From positions 640,001 through 704,000 of the forward strand of contig CAVPLM010000005.1 in the NCBI GenBank assembly GCA_963706025.1: a stretch of 64,000 bases of DNA, in the 5' to 3' direction. The stretch comes from an uncultured Actinomycetes bacterium. GTDB taxonomy: Bacteria > Actinomycetota > Thermoleophilia > RBG-16-64-13. This document shows, piece by piece, positions 54,725 through 64,000 of the stretch (within the stretch, counting starts at the first letter, position 1; every line of letters begins with the position of its first letter). The position numbers were made by a program, and so were the translations under genes. The notes under the pieces are model-generated. The model searched no databases. It was given only the letters and a program-made list of their open reading frames with translations, and was not told where the DNA came from.

Positions 54725-55336
54725 TCAGAAGAGTCCGGTGATCGCCGCAACGATGCGCTCCAGGAAACCGGCTCTGCCGGCCTCGTCGCTATCCGACCTT
54801 TCCGCACCCGGTGCCGCTGCTCCCGTCCCGAAGCCGGTCACCGGACTTGCGCCCACTACCGCTGCGCCGATTCCCGCTGTGGGAACCTGGCCCTCTTCCT
54901 CGACGTCTCCCGTCCCCAAAGCCGTGGATCCAGCCGCAGCGGCCGCATCGCCGGCGCCCTTCCCGGCAACGCCGCCCTCGGCGTCTGCCGGTCCCGTGAC
55001 GATGTACAGTTGCTCGTCCGGCCGCGCATAGGTCAGCTCCTGCCTAGCAAGGCCCTCGAGGTAGCCGGCCTCGCTGAGCTTGCCCAGTTGGGCCTGCAGC
55101 GCGGCCTTCTGTTCCTCGAGCCCCGCCACCTCTGTAGCCGCCTTCTCGAGACGATCGCGAGCATCCTGGTAGTGCCGCACCGGACCGTAATTGGCCGCCA
55201 CACCGGCGACCACGAGCAGGACGAAGCAGCCGAGCAACAGCAGTCGCCGACGAGTACCGCAGCGCGAACGCCGGGAGTCGGGCGATACCACGTCGCCGGG
55301 CAGTGCCGGCGCTGTCTGCGCACTCGCGTTGCTCAT
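54725..55336 (-). CDS. Septum formation initiator (DivIC/FtsB)
   Basis: TM, coiled coil, YLEGLARQELTYARPDE; downstream of eno. Confidence 0.82.
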   Translation of the reverse strand: MSNASAQTAPALPGDVVSPDSRRSRCGTRRRLLLLGCFVLLVVAGVAANYGPVRHYQDARDRLEKAATEVAGLEEQKAALQAQLGKLSEAGYLEGLARQELTYARPDEQLYIVTGPADAEGGVAGKGAGDAAAAAGSTALGTGDVEEEGQVPTAGIGAAVVGASPVTGFGTGAAAPGAERSDSDEAGRAGFLERIVAAITGLF

Positions 55337-55535
55337 GGTCCTTCTTCTATTCGCCCTCGCCGCGGCACTGTCCTCCGCGCCGGCCGCGGGATTCCCGGCT
55401 CGGGCGTCGAATTCCCGCGCTCATCTCGTCCGCCCGGCTACCCAGCGCGTGCCCTTGGCTGCGCCCTGCGCCCGCTACGTGCCCGCGCCGGTCCTGCGCC
55501 TGTCAGCCGCCCGCGCGCCGTCGCTCCTGCGCAGG

Positions 55536-57703
<2,168 letters not shown>

Positions 57704-57712
57704 GCGGTCTCG

Positions 57713-58801
57713 CTACTTCTGGTCGGAGGTGCTGGTGGTCGACCGCTCGGTCGTGTCGCTCGTGGGAGGAGGGAGGCTCGAGTCCCGCCCGATATCCCAC
57801 GCCCAGCTCGGCGTGCTTGCCGGCCAGCCACTCCTGCCAGGTCTGCGGTCTGCTTCTATTCCAGAAGGGTGCTCTTGATGTTCTCCTTCACCTGGTCGAA
57901 GGCAAGCTGGTCCTCGGGCGTGATGTCGGTCACCTCGATCAGGTGATAGCCGTACTGGGTCTTGACCGGCTCAGAGAGCTCGCCCTTCTGGAGAGCTCGA
58001 ACACCGCTTCCTCGAAGGCTGGAACCATCTGCCCTCTGGTCACCGGGCCCAGCTCGCCTCCCGACTCCTTGGTGGCGGCGTCGTCGGAGTACTTCCCGGC
58101 CTCGCGACTTGAAATCGGCGCCGTTCTGGATCTCGCTGCGGACTTTCTCGGCCTCGGCCCTGGCCGCGTCCCAGTCGGCCTGGGTGGGAGTGGTCGACAT
58201 GCGTGCCGTCGTCCTCAAGTTGCACAGGAGCGATGAGGATGTGGCGGGTCTCCCGCGCTTCCGGCTCCACGTAATCGGCCTTGTGGGCCTCGTAGTAGGC
58301 CTCGACCTCCGCCTCGCTCACCCTCACATCCTCGGTGACGGCGGCCTTCATCCGTTCCAGGAGCAGACCGTCTCGAGGGACTCCGTGAGCTGCTCCAGGG
58401 TGATGTTCTGCTTCTCGAGCGCCTCGTCGAACTTCTTCTCGTCGCCCTGGAAGTACTGCTTGATCTCTTCCACCTCAGCCTGCACGTCTTGCTCGGTGAC
58501 GGTGACATCGTAGGCGGCGGCCTCCTGCCGGAGCACCTCCAGGGTCACCAGATACTCGGCCAACCCCTGCTCGAAGCTGCGGTACTCGTCCTCCTGCTTG
58601 TCCTTGTCCGGGGCTCGGCCCGCCGCCTCATACACGGCCTTCAATCTTGTCGAACTGGTCCTGGGAGACGAGCGCCTGCCCCACCATGGCCACCGCCCCG
58701 TCGGGCAGGTCCTCTGCGCAACCAATGACCGCCGCGACCGGCAGAAGGAGCAGGCAGAAGGCGAGCAGCCTTATCGCTATCGACCTCTTTGTGTGGATCA
58801 C
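57713..58801 (-). CDS. PrsA/SurA-type peptidyl-prolyl isomerase (frameshifts)
   Basis: RHILI, GE.LG, GELSEPVKTQYGYHLI and SurA_N-like helices. Confidence 0.82.
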
Positions 58802-61800
58802 GCTGCGTCCTCCCCGCCGGCGAGCGCGAGTATATCATCCAGCACTTCCCGAACCGCTTGTCGGGGACCCCGCTCGTCCCCGCGTAATCCCAGGGAGAGC
58901 TGCCCCTGCACCGATGCGTACACGTAGCGACGGTCGCGCGCGCGCAGCCGCTCGCGCGAGCCCGGAGGCAGCGTCAGCCCGGTGGCGACCAACCGGCCCT
59001 GCCGCACCGAGAGCGAGTCGGCGCCCAGCTCCTGCAGCGTCGACCCGCACCTCTCCCAGGAAGATGAGGTTGTCCACCGGCTCCGGGATCTCGCCGAAGC
59101 GATCCTTCAGCTCGACGCGTAGCTCGTCCAGCTCGTTCCGTCGTGCCGGCGGAGGCGATGCGCCGGTGCAGGTCGACCCGGGCCGCTTCGTAGCCGATGA
59201 AGCCGGCCGGCACGTGCGCGTCGATCCCCACTTCCACCCGGGGCAGCTTCTCCGTGCTCACCTTCTGTCCCTGGAGCTCGGCAGCAGCGTCCTGCAGCAT
59301 GGACAGGTACATCTCGAAGCCCACGGCTGCGATGTGGCCCGACTGCTCCTCCCCCAACAACTCGCCCGCCCCTCGGATCTCCAGGTCGCGCATGGCGATC
59401 TTGAAGCCCGAGCCCAGCTCCGTGTAGTCGGCCAGGGTGGACAGCCGAGCCATCGCCTCCTCGGTCAGCACGGCCTCGTCCGGGTGGAACAGGAAGGCGT
59501 GCGCCACCCGGGCCGAACGGCCGATGCGCCCTCGGATCTGGTAGAGCTGCGCCAGGCCGAGCAGGTCGGCCCGTTCGACGATGAGCGTGTTGGCGTTGGG
59601 GATGTCGAGCCCGCTCTCGATGATGGTGGTGGTCACCAGCACGTCGGAGTCGCCGCGCAGGAACTCGAGCATGACCCGCTCCAGCTCCTGCTCGGGCATC
59701 TGCCCGTGGGCCACAGCGAAGCGCACCTGGGGCATGAGGCCGCGCAGCCGCGCGGCCGTCTTGTCGATGGTCTCCACCCGGTTGTGCAGGTAGTAGACCT
59801 GGCCGCCACGGTCGATCTCCCGCTCGATGGCCCGCTTGACCATGCCCTCGTCGTACAGGCCCACGTAGGTCTGGATGGGATGGCGGTCGCGGGGCGGGGT
59901 CTCGATGACGGTGATGTCGCGCACCCCGGAGAGCGACATCTGCAGCGTGCGCGGGATGGGGGTGGCCGTGAGGGTGAGCACGTCCACCCGCACCTTGAGA
60001 CGGCGCAGGGCCTCCTTCTGGGCCACGCCGAAGCGCTGCTCCTCGTCCACGATGACCAGACCCAGATCCTTGGGCATTGACGTCCTGCGAAAGGAGCCGG
60101 TGGGTGCCGATGAGCACGTCCACCCTGCCGGCGGAGAAATCCTTGAGGATGCGCTTCTGCTCCGCGGCCGAGCGGAAGCGGGAGAGCATCTCCACCTTCA
60201 CCGGGAAATCGGCGAACCGCTCCCGGAACGTGCCGTAGTGTTGCTGAGCCAGGATGGTGGTGGGGACCAGAACCATGACCTGTTTGCTGTCCAGCGTCGC
60301 CTTGAAGGCCGCCCGCAGCGCCACCTCGGTCTTGCCGTAGCCCACGTCGCCGCAGAGGAGCCGGTCCATGGGCTGCGCGGACTCCATGTCGTCCTTGACG
60401 GCATCGATGGCCCGTCGTTGGTCCTCGGTCTCCTCGTAGGGGAAGGCCTTCTCGAAGCGCACCTGCCACTCGCCGTCTTCGGAGAAGCGATGACCGAACG
60501 TGGCCTGACGGAGCGCGTACAGATGCAGCAGCTCCCCCGCCACCTGACGGGCGGCCTTGCGCACCCGGCTCTTGAGGTGCTCCCAGGCTTCTGCCCCCCA
60601 GCTTGGCGAGTGCGGGAGGAGTCCCCCCGCTCCCACGTAGCGCATGACCTTGGCTATCTGGTCGTGGGGGATGTAGAGCATGTCCCCGTCCCGGTAGGCC
60701 AGGTCGAGGTAGTCTCTCGTGACCCCGGCGACGGTCTTGGTGGAGATGCCCTCGAAGCGACCCACCCCGTGATCTTCGTGCACCACGAAGTCGCCCTTGC
60801 GCAGGTCGCGAAAAGCTGGAGAGCTCCAGCCCGGCCAACGGCCGGCGCGCAGCCGCGGCCTTGTGCCGGCGGGGAAAGATCAACGCGTCGGTGAGCAGCG
60901 CAAGCTTCAGGTCGGGCAGCATGAAGTGGCGGCGGTGCGGCACCGGCAGGAACGTCACTCCGGGGCCACGACCAACGTCTCCGGCCGTGCCCACAGACCC
61001 CGTCACGCGCCGCAGAATGTAGCCCGCCCGTTCCGCCTCCGCCCGTTGCTCGAACGCGATGACCACCCGGTATCCGTCGTCTACCAGCCGACGGATGGCT
61101 TCCTCGGCCTCCGGCAGATTGGCGACAGGTAGCTCACCGCTGGTCGCGCGGAAGGCCGGCGCCGGGTCCGCCCCCGCAACCTGCCCCAGCGAGTCAAGGA
61201 TGACGGCAGGAAACGCGGCAAGAGCCTCCTCGATCTCGGGCCAGCCGGCATACCAGCGCCCTTTCCCTCGGTCGCCCAGCACGTCGCTCAGATCGCTCTG
61301 GAACCCATCGATTGCCGCCCGGGCCCGAGCCGGATCGGTCTGGATGACGAGTGCGCCCTCCGGAAGAAGCGAGACGACACTCACCGGCTCCACGCCCGGC
61401 TCCTCCGCGGCTGCGTGAAGCCGCACTCTCTCCAGCGGCCCCAGGGAACGCTGGGAATAGACAGAGAAGCTGCGCAGGTTCTCCACCTCGTCGCCCCAGA
61501 ATTCGATCCGCATCGGATAGCGCTCGGTCGTCGGGAACACGTCGATGATCCCGCCCCGCACGGAGAAATCGCCCGCGTCCTCCACTTGGTCCACCCGCAC
61601 GTAGCCCAGACGGGCCAGGCTCCTCGTGAGTCCCTCGAAATCAAGGTACGCTCCCGCCGAGACCGTCAGCGGCGGTTCCGTCGGCGCCACCACCCCCTCC
61701 AGCAGGGTGGCCGCCTCGACTACGAGCACTGGATACCCCTGCTCGCCCACCACTTGGGGGCTGAGAGCGCCCACCGCCCGGGCGCGTCTTCCGGCCACCC

Positions 61801-62161
61801 GCGGCTTGACTTCTCCCTCCGATCCGTACCAGACCCCCCGGCGGGGCAGGTAGACGACCGGACGCTCCCCACAGTAGAGGCCGATCTCGTGCTCCATCTC
61901 GAGCGCAGCCTCCTGGCTCGGGGCGATCACAAGTACGACGCTCTCGCTCCAAGGACGACGCTGCAGAAGACCGGCCGCGAGATAGGCATGGATGTGCGAG
62001 GGACACGTCACCTCGACCGAGATCCGGGACGCCGCATCAGTGACCCGCGACCCCGTCCGAGCGACCTCGCTCGGAGGCGCGAGGCGGGCCTGAGGCGCCG
62101 CTTGGGCCAGCAACTGCTCGAACGGCGGATAGCCGCCCAGATAGTCGATCAGGCGGGGCAT
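58798..62161 (-). CDS. mfd: Transcription-repair coupling factor (frameshifts)
   Basis: [37 protein letters not shown] and [12 protein letters not shown]. Confidence 0.95.
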
Positions 62162-62763
62162 GCGCCGTCACCCCGCGCGATCAACCACTCCTCCGCGAGG
62201 TCGGCGGCCCGGCCGATCAGTATGAGCACCTCTTCCCGAGGCTCGTCGAACGGTTCGAGCACGTGATCGATGAGCGGCCGCCCAGACGATCCCGGCCGCC
62301 CCACGCCCACCCGTACGCGCCAGAAATCCCGGCTGCGGAGGGATCCCTCGATGCTGCGCAGCCCGTTGTGTCCTCCCAGGCCCCCGCCTTCTTTCAAGCG
62401 GACCTCGCCGAAGGCCACCTCGACCTCGTCGTGGATCACCAGTATCTGCTCGACGGGGATCTTGTGGTAGCGCGCGGCCTCGGCGGCCGCGCGCCCGGAA
62501 AGGTTCATGAAGGTCATAGGTAGCAGCAACACCACCCGGCGCCCGGCCATCAAGCCGTCCCCGACGAGTCCCTGAAAGCGCGAGCGCAAACGCGGCAGAT
62601 CGTGGCGCCGCCTGAGTTCCTCGCCCACCATGAATCCGACATTGTGGCGGTCGAACTGATACTCGGGCCCAGGATTACCCAGGGCGACTATGAGGTAGGT
62701 GGGGACAGCCTGCACCTTACGTCCCATCGGTAGTGGGCGACAAGGCTTACGGACCAGGGCCAC
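62149..62763 (-). CDS. pth: Peptidyl-tRNA hydrolase
   Basis: LGNPG.EY...RHNVGF, TFMNLSG, HDE and GGHNGLRSI. Confidence 0.95.
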   Translation of the reverse strand: MALVRKPCRPLPMGRKVQAVPTYLIVALGNPGPEYQFDRHNVGFMVGEELRRRHDLPRLRSRFQGLVGDGLMAGRRVVLLLPMTFMNLSGRAAAEAARYHKIPVEQILVIHDEVEVAFGEVRLKEGGGLGGHNGLRSIEGSLRSRDFWRVRVGVGRPGSSGRPLIDHVLEPFDEPREEVLILIGRAADLAEEWLIARGDGACPA

Positions 62764-62775
62764 CCCGCCGCGGGG

Positions 62776-63456
62776 TTACTCCTCGCTCGGGGCTTCGCCG
62801 ATGACCTCAGGCTCCTCGGGGGCCTCAGCCGCTTCTTCCGCAGCCACTTCGACCTCCACGCGCGGCGGGAGAACAGCGGCGACGATCGTCTCGGGATCGT
62901 CGACGATGGTCACTCCGGCTGGAGCCGACAAGGCCCCTACCACCGCATGCTGGCCGATCTCAAGAGCGCTGATGTCGAGCTGCAGGACCGGCGGTACATC
63001 GCCGGGAAGAGCCCGCACCAGCACTTCGCGGTGTTCCCAGTCCAACACTCCACCTTCGACCACTCCGGCCGGCTTGCCGACGAGCTCGATGGCCACAGCG
63101 GCTTCGATCTCCACGGCCAGGTCGACCTCGTGCAGATCGACGTGGAGTAGACGTCGCCGCGTGGGAAGGAACTGGAGCTCCTTGACGACCGCGTAGCGGG
63201 CGGCCGTCTTCTTACCCCGCGATCCTCCCTTCGCCGTCTTCGCCGGCGTGGACCCGCTCTCGAATTCGAGCTGGAGCACCACGTTCTGACCATGAGTCAG
63301 AGCCGCCCTGAGATCATCCAGGTCGATCGATATGGCGGTAGCCGTCGCGCCTTTCCCATAGGTCACGCCGGGGATCCGGCCTTCCGCGCGCAGCCGCCGG
63401 GCCGGGCCGTTACCGGTCTCTTCCCGTTCGCGTACCGCCAATTTGATCGTATCCAT
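62776..63456 (-). CDS. rplY: 50S ribosomal protein L25/Ctc
   Basis: ARRLRAEGRIPGVTYG, LLHVDL and GV..GGVL; prs-rplY-pth synteny. Confidence 0.93.
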   Translation of the reverse strand: MDTIKLAVREREETGNGPARRLRAEGRIPGVTYGKGATATAISIDLDDLRAALTHGQNVVLQLEFESGSTPAKTAKGGSRGKKTAARYAVVKELQFLPTRRRLLHVDLHEVDLAVEIEAAVAIELVGKPAGVVEGGVLDWEHREVLVRALPGDVPPVLQLDISALEIGQHAVVGALSAPAGVTIVDDPETIVAAVLPPRVEVEVAAEEAAEAPEEPEVIGEAPSEE

Positions 63457-63470
63457 ACCCGTCTCCTCAG

Positions 63471-64000
63471 CTAGAACAGCTGGTTATCTCCTTGAAAGAG
63501 CTCGCTCACCGATTCGTCGGTGAACACGTTCCTGATGGTATCTGCCAGAATACCGGCCGTGGATAGTACCACAATCTTGGTCTGGTCCGTCCCGTCACGC
63601 AGGGGAATGGTGTCGGTGACCACGCACTCCTTGAGCGATGACTCGGCGATACGTTCGTAGGCCGGACCGGATAGCACGGGATGGGTACAGGCTGCGTACA
63701 CTGCTTCGGCCCCTCCGTCGAGGAGAGCCTGGACTCCGTTGACCAGGGTGCCGGCGGTGTCGATGATGTCGTCCACGATGATGGCCGTCTTGCCGTCCAC
63801 CTCGCCAATGACGTGCATGACCCGGGACACGTTGTGCTCGGGCCGCAGCTTCGTCAGTACCGCGACCGAGCATTCCAGGCGATCGGCCATCCGCTTGGCG
63901 GTCTTGAGACCGCCGGCGTCCGGGGAGACCACGACCTTTTCGCCGAGGTCCTTGAGTCTGAAGTAGTCGGCGATCATGGAGAGGGCGGTCATGTGATCGA
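63471..64000 (-). CDS. prs: Ribose-phosphate pyrophosphokinase (3' part, cut by window edge)
   Basis: VVSPDAGG, IIVDDIIDTAGT, THPVLSG and VTDTIP. Confidence 0.95.
   Translation of the reverse strand, partial: DHMTALSMIADYFRLKDLGEKVVVSPDAGGLKTAKRMADRLECSVAVLTKLRPEHNVSRVMHVIGEVDGKTAIIVDDIIDTAGTLVNGVQALLDGGAEAVYAACTHPVLSGPAYERIAESSLKECVVTDTIPLRDGTDQTKIVVLSTAGILADTIRNVFTDESVSELFQGDNQLF

Overview
GC-rich bacterial chromosome segment. The gene content suggests Actinomycetota, possibly Thermoleophilia-like (inference only). Many single-base indels break even essential genes (eno, mfd, ppx), which points to an unpolished long-read assembly. Both ends are core genome: nadA-folK-folB-folP-folE-ftsH-hpt-tilS on the left, and tRNA-Leu(TAA)-ppx-DUF501-divIC-eno-mazG-prsA-mfd-pth-rplY-prs on the right. 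The main observation is a ~27 kb region (25685-52513) downstream of the intact tRNA-Leu. It is divided by nine co-oriented tRNA 3'-end fragments: four of tRNA-Leu(TAA) and five of a tRNA-Ser(CGA) that has no intact copy in this window. Most fragments carry conserved ~100-140 bp flanks containing 11-bp-period direct repeats like integrase arm sites, and the Ser units also carry a terminator hairpin. Between them lie one-gene or few-gene cargo cassettes, and the only integrase is a C-terminal remnant. This resembles an integron-like cassette array built from tRNA att sites, with a Ser-type array nested inside a Leu-type element. A separate ~165 bp promoter + structured leader + RBS module occurs three times ahead of unrelated exported proteins. 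The island also holds a c-di-GMP-I riboswitch before a tasA/sipW-like pair and a glycan-modification cluster. All assignments were made by eye; no database searches were run.
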